In this document: positions 1 through 10,021 of the stretch, piece by piece
How the letters are laid out: the number at the start of each line of letters is the position of its first letter
How positions within the stretch are numbered: the stretch's first letter is position 1
NCBI GenBank assembly: GCA_041492755.1
Contig: JBGPXN010000109.1
Location: 1-14,582, forward strand
Reading direction: 5' to 3'
Length of the DNA: 14,582 nucleotides
Source: Candidatus Methylomirabilia bacterium
GTDB taxonomy: Bacteria; Methylomirabilota; Methylomirabilia; Rokubacteriales; CSP1-6
Made by a program: the position numbers and the translations under genes
Notes under the pieces: model-generated
Told to the model about the DNA's origin: nothing
Seen by the model: only the letters and a program-made list of their open reading frames with translations
Databases searched by the model: none

Positions 1-486
1 GAGCTGAGCGACGAGGCGTGGGACACCGTGCTCGACACCAACCTCAAGGGCACGTTCGTCACCTCGCGCGCGGTGGCGCGCGCGATGCTGGCGCGCGGGG
101 TGCGCGGGCGCATCATCAGCATGTCCTCGCAGTGGGGCAAGAAGGGAGGCGCGCGCCGCGCCGCCTACTGCGCGTCCAAGTTCGGGATCATCGGCTTCAC
201 GCAGTCGCTGGCCCAGGAGCTGGCGCCGGCCGGGATCACGGTGAACGCCATCTGTCCGAGCGCGGCCGACACCGAGCGTCTGGATCACGCCGGCCTCCGG
301 GCGGACGGCACCTTCGACCCGAAGCTCCGCGAGGAGCGGATCAAGGAGACGGCGGCGGCGACGCCACTTGGCCGTATCGCCCGGCCGAGCGACGTGGCCG
401 AGGTGGCGGCGTTCCTGGCCGGCGATGCCGCCGAATACATCACCGGGCAGTCGATCAACGTGACCGGCGGCGGCGTGATGCATTGA
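1..486 (+). CDS. SDR family NAD(P)-dependent oxidoreductase, 5'-truncated by the window edge
   Basis: Frame is open from base 1 (ELSDEAWDTVLDTNLKGTF). It has the catalytic Ser region IISMSS, YxxxK (YCASK), ITVNAICP and the typical SDR C-terminus YITGQSINVTGG. The N-terminal Gly-rich motif lies outside the window. Confidence 0.93.
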   Translation, partial: ELSDEAWDTVLDTNLKGTFVTSRAVARAMLARGVRGRIISMSSQWGKKGGARRAAYCASKFGIIGFTQSLAQELAPAGITVNAICPSAADTERLDHAGLRADGTFDPKLREERIKETAAATPLGRIARPSDVAEVAAFLAGDAAEYITGQSINVTGGGVMH

Positions 487-487
487 G

Positions 488-635
488 TACATGGGGGGCC
501 CCGATATGGCCCCCCATACCCCCCATCGCTCGGACGCGCCCCGGCAACCCCGGGGCGCGCCTCGACACCCCCAACGCTCGGGGGCGCCCCGGCGGAGCCG
601 TGGCGCCCCTCGACCTCCAATTCGTTCACGGGCTC
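488..635 (+). repeat. Structured intergenic repeat (REP/MITE-like), element 1
   Basis: Perfect 10-bp hairpin ATGGGGGGCC(491-500)/GGCCCCCCAT(508-517), then two diverged tandem units (518-566, 567-614), each with a GC-rich hairpin and ending CCTCGAC. Flanked by TGAG at 484-487 and 636-639. Confidence 0.75.
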
Positions 636-716
636 TGAGCCGACCAGCGCGTGTGCCCCCGGGGAAGACCGGATGATGACGAGCGCTGCGCGGCAGCGTG
701 GGATAGGAGCGGACGC

Positions 717-1517
717 GTGAAGCTTCGAGGCAAGATCGCGATCGTCACCGGGACCAGCCCGAATATCGGTGCCGGCATCGCCGGCGGGCTGGCCGACGAG
801 GGCGCCCGGGTCGTCTGCGTGGACGTCGTGCGCGAGAACGCGCAGCAGTGCGCGGAGTGGATCACCGAGCACGGCGGCGAGGCGCTGGGGGTCACGTGCG
901 ACGTCACCGACGAAGGACAGGTCGAGCGGATGGTGGCCAGGTCGCGCGAGGCCTACGGCGGTGTCGACGTCCTCGTCAACAACGCCGGCATCCTCGGTGG
1001 GCTGAGCGTGCTGGACATGCCGCTCGAGCGCTGGAACCGCCAGATCGGGGTCAATCTCACCGGGACGTTCCTCTGCACCAAGCACGTCGCCCGGCTCATG
1101 GTGGAGCAGCAACGCCGCGGCAGCATCATCGTGATCGCCTCGACGGCGGCGCACCAGGGCCAGGCCGGCAACATCGGCTACTGCACGAGCAAGAGCGGCC
1201 TGCTGAACTTCACCCGCGCCGCCGCCATGGACCTGGCCCGGCACGGCATCCGGGTGAACAGTCTCACCCCGACGGCCACCGACGCCGGCGAGGGCCACGA
1301 TCGCGCGGAGAGCTGGGGACGGCCCCGACCGGAACGGCGGAGCGGCCTGCTGGATTTTTCGAAGATGGTGCCGATGGGCCAACTCCCGAGCCCGCGCCAC
1401 TACGCCCGCGCCGCGGCGTTCCTGGCCTCCGAGGACGCCGAGATGATCACCGGCTTCGACCTGCGCGTGGACGCCGGAGCCATCGCCAAGTACTGGCCCT
1501 GGATCCCTCGAGCGTGA
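717..1517 (+). CDS. SDR family oxidoreductase (probably NAD-preferring)
   Basis: GTG at 717 with AGGAG at 705-709. Motifs: KIAIVTGTSPNIG, Asp after beta-2 (VCVD), DVLVNNAG, YCTSK, IRVNSLTP, ITGFDLRVDAG. Confidence 0.93.
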   Translation: MKLRGKIAIVTGTSPNIGAGIAGGLADEGARVVCVDVVRENAQQCAEWITEHGGEALGVTCDVTDEGQVERMVARSREAYGGVDVLVNNAGILGGLSVLDMPLERWNRQIGVNLTGTFLCTKHVARLMVEQQRRGSIIVIASTAAHQGQAGNIGYCTSKSGLLNFTRAAAMDLARHGIRVNSLTPTATDAGEGHDRAESWGRPRPERRSGLLDFSKMVPMGQLPSPRHYARAAAFLASEDAEMITGFDLRVDAGAIAKYWPWIPRA

Positions 1518-1529
1518 GCCGGCCGCCGC

Positions 1530-4253
1530 TCAGCGCGCCTCGCCGAGCGCGCGCAGCGTCTCCTCCAACCGCTTCTGCTCCGTCCCGTAGGCCGCCCAGT
1601 CCCCGCGGCGAAGCGCATCCTGCGCCCGGCCGTAGATCTCCAGCGCGCGCTGGGCCTGCGCCCGGGCGCCCGAAGGCGGCGCGCCCGGCGCCCCGGGCCC
1701 CGCGGCGGCACGCGCATCGGCCGGCGTCGCGGCGGCGGGAGCGGGCCGGGCGCCGAAGATCCGCGCCAGCGACTGCTCGAGCGTCGGCTCCATGGCGATC
1801 TGATTGCCGTGGGCGACGATGACCCGGCGCAACTCCGGGAGCGCGCCCTGTTCGGAGGCGGCCAGGTAGAGCGGCTGCACGTAGATCAGCGACTGGTCGA
1901 TGGGGATGGCCAGGAGCGAGCCGCGAATGATCGTGGAGCCGCGCTGGCCCCAGAGGGCGAGCTGCTGGGCGATGACGGGGTCCTGATCGATGCGGGCGTC
2001 GATCTGGCGCGGACCGTACACGAGCTTCTGCTTGGGGAAGTTGTAGACGATGAGGTTGCCGTACTGGGCCGGGTCCGAACGCGCCGCCATCCAGGCGATC
2101 ATGTTGTCGCGGCGGCTCGGGTTGAAGAGCGTGAGGAGGATGAACTCCTCTTCCTTTTCGCCCGGAAGCCGCATGATGGTGAAGTACGACTCCATCTCCC
2201 GATCGCGTCCCTCCACCGTCCGCCGCGGGATCGCCCACAGGTCTTCCTTGTTGTAGAAGACCTGGGGATCCTCCATGTGGTACGTCGCGTACTTCCGCGC
2301 CTGGATGTTGAAGAGGTCCTCCGGATAGCGGATGTGCGCGCGCAGGTCGGCCGGCATCGCCTCCAGGGGCTGGAGAAGGCCGGGGAAGCCGGCCGCGTAC
2401 GCCTGCACGAGCGGATCGCCGGGGTCGGCGAGGTAGAAGCGGACGGTGCCGTGATACGCGTCGATCGTGACCTTCACCGAGTTGCGGATGTAGTTGCCGA
2501 CCCCGCGCACGGGCTCGGAGTACGGGTAGCGGTCGGTCGCCGTGTACCCGTCGAGCATCCACACCATCCGGCCGTCGTCCGTGATCACCAGGTACGGGTC
2601 ACGATCGAAGCGGAAGAACGGGGCGATCTGGCGGACACGCTCCCCGATGGTCCGGTAGAGCATGAGGCGGCTCTCGGGCGTGAGGTCGTTCGACAATAGT
2701 ATTTTGATCTCGCCGAGCCGGACCGCGAACAGCAGCTTGCGCCCCCACGACGAGATCGGAATGCCCCCCGTCCCCTTGTAGGTGGTGTAGACGTTCTGGT
2801 CGCCGGCCGGATAGTCGAGTTCTTGAGACCGCGTACGCACCAGCGAGTACTCGTTCGAGATCTCGCCGAAGTAGATCTCGGACTGGGTGATCTTCGGGAA
2901 GCCGTCCACCGAGCGCGGTGGGATGTCCTTCACGAAGAACTCCGGCAGCCCCTCGGGGGTGATGCGATTCACCGGCCCCACCACCGCGCCGTAGCCGTGG
3001 GTGAAGGTCAGGTGCTCGTTGATCCAGATCCGCGACTGGAGGTGGGCGTACGACAGCTCGCGCGCCGACAGCATGAGCTGGCGGTACTCGCCGCCGATAC
3101 GGTAGCGGTCGTTGTCCACGTCGGTGAACTTGTAGTACGTCCGGATCTCTTGAAGCTGGGCAAACGTTCGCAGCAGCGGGCTATGGTCCCAGAGCCGGAT
3201 GTTCTTGATCGTCGACGCGTTGCGCTCGAGCGCCCGCGCGTCCAGGCTTTCGTCGGCGGGAAACTCCTTTTCCTGGATGCGGTCGAGCCCGTACGCCTGC
3301 CGGGTCATCCGGATGCTGGCCGCGATGAACGGCCGCTCGGCCGCCAGCTCGTTCGGCGTCACGCGGAGCCGCTGGAGCAGCGCCGGGTAGATGCCGAGGC
3401 CGACGACCCAGCCCGCGGCCAGCACGACGAGGCCGCCGATCACGAGGCGGAAGCCCGGACGCTGGGTTTGGGCCAGGCACGCGAGCGCGCACAGGCCGGC
3501 GAGCACGGCGAGACCGCGCAGGACGGGCAGCGAGGCGTGGATGTCGGTGTAGGACGCGCCGAAGACGACGCCCCGCGGCGAGTAGAGCAACTCGTACTGG
3601 TCGAGCCAGAAACCGACGCCCATCACGACGAGCTCGAGCGCGGCGAGGACGAGCAGGTGGACGCGGGCGCCGGCGGCGAGCCGCGGTCCCCGCGCGGTCA
3701 GCATCACGCTGCGCTGCAGCACGTAGATGACGATGGTGAGGACGATCGTCCCCGTCATCAGCGTGCTCACCCAGCCCAGGAGGAGCCGCCACAACGGCAG
3801 CGTGAAGACGAAGAACGACAGGTCGCGGCCGAACACGGGGTCGGTGGTCCGGAAGGGCACGGCGTTCAGATACGCGAAGACGGTCTCCCAGCGGGTGGCC
3901 GCGCGCAGGCCCGAGGCGAACGAGATGAGGGCGAGCACGATGGGCAGGAAGCGGCGGATGAGCGGCTCGATCACGGCCCGCCCGGGGAGACCGAGCTGGT
4001 CCTCCAGCTCCCACAGCACGTCGGGCCGTGCCGTGCGGGCGGCGAACGTGAGGTTCGCCCAGAGGAAGATGAGCACGCCGACGGCGACCGCCGTGAAGAG
4101 GCCGCCGCGGTAGGAGAGCACGGTCACGAAGACCTGCTGGTACCCGACCTCCTGGAACCAGAGCCAGTCGGTGTACAGCGGGACGAACTGTCCCACCAGC
4201 CCGAGCACCACCAGGGCGAAGACCAGCAGGACGATCGTTTGCGAACGGGCCAT
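1530..4253 (-). CDS. UPF0182 family integral membrane protein
   Basis: 907 aa with N-terminal YTDWLWF, multiple TM segments, and family-typical DPVFGRDLSFFVF, NIRLWD, FTHGYG, NYIRNSVK, HIRYPEDLF, YGPRQI, YVQPLYL, LPELRRVIV and C-terminal GDWAAYG. Confidence 0.93.
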   Translation of the reverse strand: MARSQTIVLLVFALVVLGLVGQFVPLYTDWLWFQEVGYQQVFVTVLSYRGGLFTAVAVGVLIFLWANLTFAARTARPDVLWELEDQLGLPGRAVIEPLIRRFLPIVLALISFASGLRAATRWETVFAYLNAVPFRTTDPVFGRDLSFFVFTLPLWRLLLGWVSTLMTGTIVLTIVIYVLQRSVMLTARGPRLAAGARVHLLVLAALELVVMGVGFWLDQYELLYSPRGVVFGASYTDIHASLPVLRGLAVLAGLCALACLAQTQRPGFRLVIGGLVVLAAGWVVGLGIYPALLQRLRVTPNELAAERPFIAASIRMTRQAYGLDRIQEKEFPADESLDARALERNASTIKNIRLWDHSPLLRTFAQLQEIRTYYKFTDVDNDRYRIGGEYRQLMLSARELSYAHLQSRIWINEHLTFTHGYGAVVGPVNRITPEGLPEFFVKDIPPRSVDGFPKITQSEIYFGEISNEYSLVRTRSQELDYPAGDQNVYTTYKGTGGIPISSWGRKLLFAVRLGEIKILLSNDLTPESRLMLYRTIGERVRQIAPFFRFDRDPYLVITDDGRMVWMLDGYTATDRYPYSEPVRGVGNYIRNSVKVTIDAYHGTVRFYLADPGDPLVQAYAAGFPGLLQPLEAMPADLRAHIRYPEDLFNIQARKYATYHMEDPQVFYNKEDLWAIPRRTVEGRDREMESYFTIMRLPGEKEEEFILLTLFNPSRRDNMIAWMAARSDPAQYGNLIVYNFPKQKLVYGPRQIDARIDQDPVIAQQLALWGQRGSTIIRGSLLAIPIDQSLIYVQPLYLAASEQGALPELRRVIVAHGNQIAMEPTLEQSLARIFGARPAPAAATPADARAAAGPGAPGAPPSGARAQAQRALEIYGRAQDALRRGDWAAYGTEQKRLEETLRALGEAR

Positions 4254-4267
4254 GCGGGGCGGCCGCG

Positions 4268-5584
<1,317 letters not shown>

Positions 5585-5588
5585 TCAC

Positions 5589-5691
5589 TTCGAGCGGCGG
5601 CTTCGCCGCCGCAATTCGATCCTGGGGGAGGTATCGGAGGGGGCCGTCGAGGCCCTCTCCGATGGGGATGGGGGGCAAAGCCCCCCTCCGA
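5589..5691 (-). repeat. Structured intergenic repeat (REP/MITE-like), element 2
   Basis: Three hairpins (plus-strand coordinates): GCGGCGGC-TTC-GCCGCCGC (5594-5612), a 13-bp stem with one mismatch (5633-5663), and GGGGGGC-AAA-GCCCCCC (5670-5686). Flanked by the direct repeat GTCAC at 5584-5588 and 5692-5696. Confidence 0.75.
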
Positions 5692-5692
5692 G

Positions 5693-6838
5693 TCACCGAA
5701 CGTCGTCCCGGAGATCCTTCACGCGGTCGGTCCGCTCCCACGTGAACTCGGGCTCCGAGCGCCCGAAGTGGCCGAAGGCGGCCGTCTGCTTGTAGATCGG
5801 CCGTCGCAGGTTGAGGTACTTGATGATGCCGGCGGGCGTGAAGTCGAAGTGCCGGCGAATGGTCCGCTCGAGCACCGCGTTGCTCACTTTTCCGGTGCCG
5901 AACGTCTCGACCATGATCGAGACCGGGTCGGCGACGCCGATCGCGTACGCGACCTGCACCTGCGCGCGCTCCGCGAGCCCGGCCGCCACGACGTTCTTCG
6001 CCACGTGGCGGGCCATGTAGCACGCGGACCGGTCGACCTTCGTCGGGTCCTTGCCGGAGAACGCGCCGCCACCGTGCGGGCACGAGCCGCCATACGTATC
6101 GACGATGATCTTGCGTCCGGTGAGCCCGGTGTCGCCCATCGGCCCCCCGGTGACGAAGCGGCCGGTCGGGTTGACGTGGTAGACGCAGTTCTTCGCGATC
6201 AACTGCTCGGGGACGGTCGCCCGGATGACGTGCTTGATGACGTCGTCGCGCAGCTGGTCCATCTCGACGTCGGGGCTGTGCTGGGTCGAGATGACGACGG
6301 TCTCCACCGCCACCGGCTTGCCGTTCACGTAGCGCACGCTGACCTGGGACTTGCCGTCCGGGCGCAGGTAGCTCAGCGTGCCGGCGCGCCGCACGTCGCT
6401 CAGGCGCCGCACGAGCTGGTGGCAGAGCATGATGGGCAGGGGCATGAGCTCCGGCGTCTCGGTGCACGCGTAGCCGAACATCAGGCCCTGATCGCCGGCG
6501 CCGAGGTTGTCCACGCCCATCGCGATGTCGCCCGACTGCTCGTCGATCGCCGTGATGACGGCACAGGTTTCGTAGTCGAAGCCGTACTTGGCGCGCGTGT
6601 AGCCGACCTGCTTGATGGTGTCGCGCGCGATGCGGGGAATGTCGACGTAGCAGGAGGTGGTGATCTCGCCGGCGACGACCACCAGGCCGGTGGTGAGCAG
6701 CGTTTCGCACGCCACCCGCCCGACCGGGTCCTGACTGATGATCGCGTCGAGCACGGCGTCCGAGATCTGGTCCGCGATCTTGTCCGGATGTCCCTCGGTC
6801 ACCGACTCCGACGTGAACAGGTACTCGTCCTGCGCCAT
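5693..6838 (-). CDS. metK: S-adenosylmethionine synthetase
   Basis: Motifs [70 protein letters not shown] upstream. Confidence 0.98.
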   Translation of the reverse strand: MAQDEYLFTSESVTEGHPDKIADQISDAVLDAIISQDPVGRVACETLLTTGLVVVAGEITTSCYVDIPRIARDTIKQVGYTRAKYGFDYETCAVITAIDEQSGDIAMGVDNLGAGDQGLMFGYACTETPELMPLPIMLCHQLVRRLSDVRRAGTLSYLRPDGKSQVSVRYVNGKPVAVETVVISTQHSPDVEMDQLRDDVIKHVIRATVPEQLIAKNCVYHVNPTGRFVTGGPMGDTGLTGRKIIVDTYGGSCPHGGGAFSGKDPTKVDRSACYMARHVAKNVVAAGLAERAQVQVAYAIGVADPVSIMVETFGTGKVSNAVLERTIRRHFDFTPAGIIKYLNLRRPIYKQTAAFGHFGRSEPEFTWERTDRVKDLRDDVR

Positions 6839-6872
6839 CGGCTTCCCTCCTTCGCCGTCGAAAATTCGGGCC

Positions 6873-6902
6873 AGTCTAGCACGCGGCCACGGCGAGGCTC
6901 AA
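6873..6902 (-). promoter_or_regulatory. Putative sigma70 promoter for metK-ahcY
   Basis: Minus strand reads TTGAGC (6902-6897), 18-nt spacer ending TGC, then TAGACT (6878-6873). This is a -35 plus TGn-extended -10 in the 67-bp gap before metK. Confidence 0.6.
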
Positions 6903-6905
6903 CAG

Positions 6906-7949
6906 TCAGCCCCGCATCCGGCGCTTCAATTCGTCGAGCCGCGGCACGTCCCACGGATCGACGCCACGCAGGATGGCCAGGTAGTAGCTCGTCCACTGTC
7001 CGAGGTAGACGAGGGAGAGCAGGCGCGCGATGCGGCCGACTCCGCGCGCACGGATCTCGCTCACCCCGCCCGCGGCCAGACCCGCGATCTCGCGCAGGAG
7101 CGTGAAGCGCCGCGCGATCTCCGGCGGCTCGTCGGTGTCGCGCAGGAGCACGAGCTGCATGCGCTGCGCGTCCGGGCCGTGCCACGCTTCGATCTCGTTG
7201 TGGTTCATCTCGGGCAGCACACCGGAGAGCGCGAACGTCTTGGCGTTCTCCTCGACGTCGGTCTTCCACCGATACGCCGCCGCGCCGGTGAGGGGACCGC
7301 CGTAGATCGCGGGCAGCCGGCCGTGGACGGCGAGCGCGATCAGTTTCGCTTCGTTGCCGGACGTCGCGCGGGCGGGCTCCAGCTCCCGTCCCAGCGCCTC
7401 GACGACCGCGAGCGCCTCGGCCACCTCGCCGGCGCTCGCGAGCTCGAGCCCGGCGCCGCGCAGCAGCTCCAGACACGGCAGGAACAGGTAGCCGAGCGCC
7501 ATCCGGGGCATCAGACCGCCAGGTAACCGGACGAGCGGCCACCCCGCGGCCTGGGCGCGCGCGGCCAGGGCGCCGCCCGCGGTGACCGCGACGATGGCCG
7601 TGCCCCGCGCGGCCGCCGCGTCCACGGCGGAGAGCACCTCGACGGTGTCGCCCGAATACGAGCATGCGATGACGAGCGATTCGTCGGTGGCCGCCACCGG
7701 CAACCCGTAGCCGCGATGCACGATCAGCGGCACCTCGAGCCGGTCGGTCGCGCAGGTGGCGAGCAGGTCGCCGCCGGCGGCGGAGCCCCCCATGCCCGCC
7801 ACCACGACCAGTCGCGGGCGCTTGACGGAGACGGCGGGTTCGGCGCGCAGCTCCGTGGCCGCGCGACACTGGCGCGGGAACGCGACGAGCGCGCCCCGTG
7901 CGTCGTGCGGGTCCAAGCGCTCGAGCGCGGCGCGGTCGTCGAGAATCAT
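6906..7949 (-). CDS. Bifunctional phosphoglucose/phosphomannose isomerase (SIS domain, PGI/PMI family)
   Basis: Start taken as ATG at 7949 (MILDD..), which forms an ATGA overlap with the GH57 stop. Motifs AGMGGSA, CSYSGDTVE, MPRMALGY, RWKTDVEENAK, PEMNHNEIEAW, SYYLAILRGVDP and terminal ELKRRM. Confidence 0.9.
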   Translation of the reverse strand: MILDDRAALERLDPHDARGALVAFPRQCRAATELRAEPAVSVKRPRLVVVAGMGGSAAGGDLLATCATDRLEVPLIVHRGYGLPVAATDESLVIACSYSGDTVEVLSAVDAAAARGTAIVAVTAGGALAARAQAAGWPLVRLPGGLMPRMALGYLFLPCLELLRGAGLELASAGEVAEALAVVEALGRELEPARATSGNEAKLIALAVHGRLPAIYGGPLTGAAAYRWKTDVEENAKTFALSGVLPEMNHNEIEAWHGPDAQRMQLVLLRDTDEPPEIARRFTLLREIAGLAAGGVSEIRARGVGRIARLLSLVYLGQWTSYYLAILRGVDPWDVPRLDELKRRMRG

Positions 7950-10021
7950 CGCTCGCCCACCTCCAGCTCCACGATCAGTTCGCGCGCGCCCGCGGCGGGC
8001 ACCGGCCAGGCCAGGAGCAGCGCGGTGCCCTGGTAGATCCGCTCGAATCCCGCCTCGGACACCGACACGGTCTCCACCGGTCCCCAGGCGAGCTCGGCGC
8101 CTGCCGTCCAGCGTAACCTGGCCCGCACGCCCAGCCACGCGTCCACGAGGGTGACGCTGTCGCGATCGCTCAGGCGGCCGCGGCTGCGCAGCGCGGGCCG
8201 ATCCGGTAGATCGAGATAGCGGTCGGGACCGTCGCCCGCGGTGAGCGCGAGGTTCCACTGCACCGCCCAGCGTCCCCGCCGGCCTTTCGTGTCCACCCGA
8301 TAGCGGGCCTCGATGCGCGAGCCGCTCACCGTGACGCGCTTGTCGATGGCGGGCGCATCGGCGGCGGTGGCCGGCGACAGGACGACCGTCACCCGATCGT
8401 CCTCCACCTCCATCCGCGACGCGCAGGGTTCGCCGCCCAGGCGAAAGTCGGCGCCGTCCCACGGCGCGACCGGATCGAGCTCGCCGTCCGCGGTCACGAG
8501 GCCGTCGAGCAGCGAGGCCCGCCGCAGATCGTCGTAGGCGAGCAGGTCGCCGAGGCCGGCCTCTTTGGCGCTCGGCACGTCCTGGACGCTGCGCACCACG
8601 GCCTCGTCTCCGGCGTCCCGGGCGCGGACCTGCGCGTGGTACGCCTCCTCGCGGCGAGCGAGCACGTCGGCCAGGTCGAGGCTCTTCGGGTAATAGCCGA
8701 TCTCGGTGAGCGCGCCGCCCAGCGCGGGATTCACGGTCACGGCCAGCGTCGGGGTGCGTACGAAGATCTCTTCGCGCCCGTCACCATTGCCGTCGCGGCG
8801 CCACCAGGCCAGCGCGGGCGCCCCCGTTGCCTCCGCAAGCAGCCGCTCGGCCTCGAGCAGCGAGCCCTTGATCGCGCGCCGCAGATGCGGCAGATAGCAG
8901 CCGCCGAACACGCCGTGCCAGTACGCGTCGTTGGCCTGGCCGCGCCAGAGCGCCTCGCGCGCGTCTCGCAGCCGCGCGTCGTCGGGCGCGCGGGCGAGCG
9001 CGCCGTGCACCCCGGCCGACAGGCGCAGCATCTTCCAGTACGTGTCCGCGACCTCCGGGTACTTGACCAGGAAGTTGCGCCAGAAGCCGCCGCGCAGCAT
9101 CGGCTCGATCCCCTCACCGCCCGGCAAGCTCGCGACCTGTCGCTTGGCGGACTCGAGCGCGATGCCGGCGGCGGGGCTCAGCGCCCACTCGCCCATCTCG
9201 CGGTACGACGCGGTCGGCAGGTACACGCGGCCGCTCGCGGGAAACCGATCGACGACGTCGGCGAAGGTGGTCATGGTCAGCCAGGGCGTGGCCTGGATCC
9301 GGTCGAAGAAGCGGTCGAGCCAGCCGTCCTCGTAGACGTGCTTGAACGTGCCGGGCCACACGCCGAACTTTTCGCCGTCGTCGGCCACGGTCAGGCTCGC
9401 CGTCTGACCCCGGCGCCGCTCGAGGTACTCGAAGCTCTCGTGCACCTGGCCGAACGGAATGAGGTGGCGCAGGCGCTGGTTGATCGGAAAGACGCCGACG
9501 ACGGCGCCCTGGTCCTCGGTGAGGTAGTAGCCGCCGATCTGCTCGGGATCGAGGCCGGCGAGCGCGAAGTGGCTGTCGTCGACGAGCACGTATTCCACGC
9601 CGGCATCGCGGAGCGCCCGCGGAAGCTGCGGCTCCCACACCCGCTCGGCCAGCCACATCCCGCGTGGGCGCACGCCGAACTCGGATTTCAGGAAGTCGCT
9701 CAGCCGTTCGACCTGTCCGGTCTTGTCGGCGTCGGGCAGGATGGCGAGGATCGGCTCGTAGTAGCCACCGGTCAGCAGCTCGACCTGCCCCCGCGACACG
9801 AGCGCCCCGAGCAGGTCATAGGTCGGCGTCGCGTGCTCGCGGAGCCAGCCGAGCAGGCTCCCCGTCCAGTGAAAGGTCAGGCGCACCTCGGGCCGCGCCC
9901 GGATACGCTCCAGGAACGGCCGATAGCCGCGCCCGTCGGCGTCCACGAGCACGCTGTCGAAGTTGCCGACGGGTTGATGGTTGTGGACTCCGAAGCAGAA
10001 GGCGAGGGACGCACTACTCAC
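7946..10021 (-). CDS. Glycoside hydrolase family 57 alpha-amylase/4-alpha-glucanotransferase
   Basis: GH57 conserved regions HNHQP, GGYYEPIL, GMWLAERVW (nucleophile Glu), DDGEKFG (acid/base Asp), SYREMGEW, WRNFLVKYPE, NDAYWHGVFGG, and C-terminal TVSVSEAGFERIYQG. No signal peptide. Confidence 0.92.
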   Translation of the reverse strand: MSSASLAFCFGVHNHQPVGNFDSVLVDADGRGYRPFLERIRARPEVRLTFHWTGSLLGWLREHATPTYDLLGALVSRGQVELLTGGYYEPILAILPDADKTGQVERLSDFLKSEFGVRPRGMWLAERVWEPQLPRALRDAGVEYVLVDDSHFALAGLDPEQIGGYYLTEDQGAVVGVFPINQRLRHLIPFGQVHESFEYLERRRGQTASLTVADDGEKFGVWPGTFKHVYEDGWLDRFFDRIQATPWLTMTTFADVVDRFPASGRVYLPTASYREMGEWALSPAAGIALESAKRQVASLPGGEGIEPMLRGGFWRNFLVKYPEVADTYWKMLRLSAGVHGALARAPDDARLRDAREALWRGQANDAYWHGVFGGCYLPHLRRAIKGSLLEAERLLAEATGAPALAWWRRDGNGDGREEIFVRTPTLAVTVNPALGGALTEIGYYPKSLDLADVLARREEAYHAQVRARDAGDEAVVRSVQDVPSAKEAGLGDLLAYDDLRRASLLDGLVTADGELDPVAPWDGADFRLGGEPCASRMEVEDDRVTVVLSPATAADAPAIDKRVTVSGSRIEARYRVDTKGRRGRWAVQWNLALTAGDGPDRYLDLPDRPALRSRGRLSDRDSVTLVDAWLGVRARLRWTAGAELAWGPVETVSVSEAGFERIYQGTALLLAWPVPAAGARELIVELEVGER

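Noticed and set aside
491..614. Possible CRISPR mini-array
   Set aside because: There are only two adjacent diverged units, no unique spacers and no cas genes in the window.
617..639. IS-like terminal sequence (minus strand GAGCCCGTGAACGAA) at the right end of element 1
   Set aside because: It resembles an IS terminal inverted repeat only by impression. There is no matching partner at the left end and no transposase in the window, so it is not called as an IS.
491..676. 61-aa ORF MGGPDMAPHTPHRS..
   Set aside because: It is a translation of the structured repeat, Pro/Arg-rich, with no SD.
6839..6905. SAM riboswitch upstream of metK
   Set aside because: The gap is only 67 bp and is largely filled by the putative promoter and SD, leaving a leader of about 30 nt with no recognisable aptamer.
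7950..8462. N-terminal extension of the PGI/PMI ORF (518 aa in the track)
   Set aside because: It overlaps the GH57 gene out of frame and is Arg/Gly-rich noise. The ATGA-coupled start at 7949 gives a normal-length protein.
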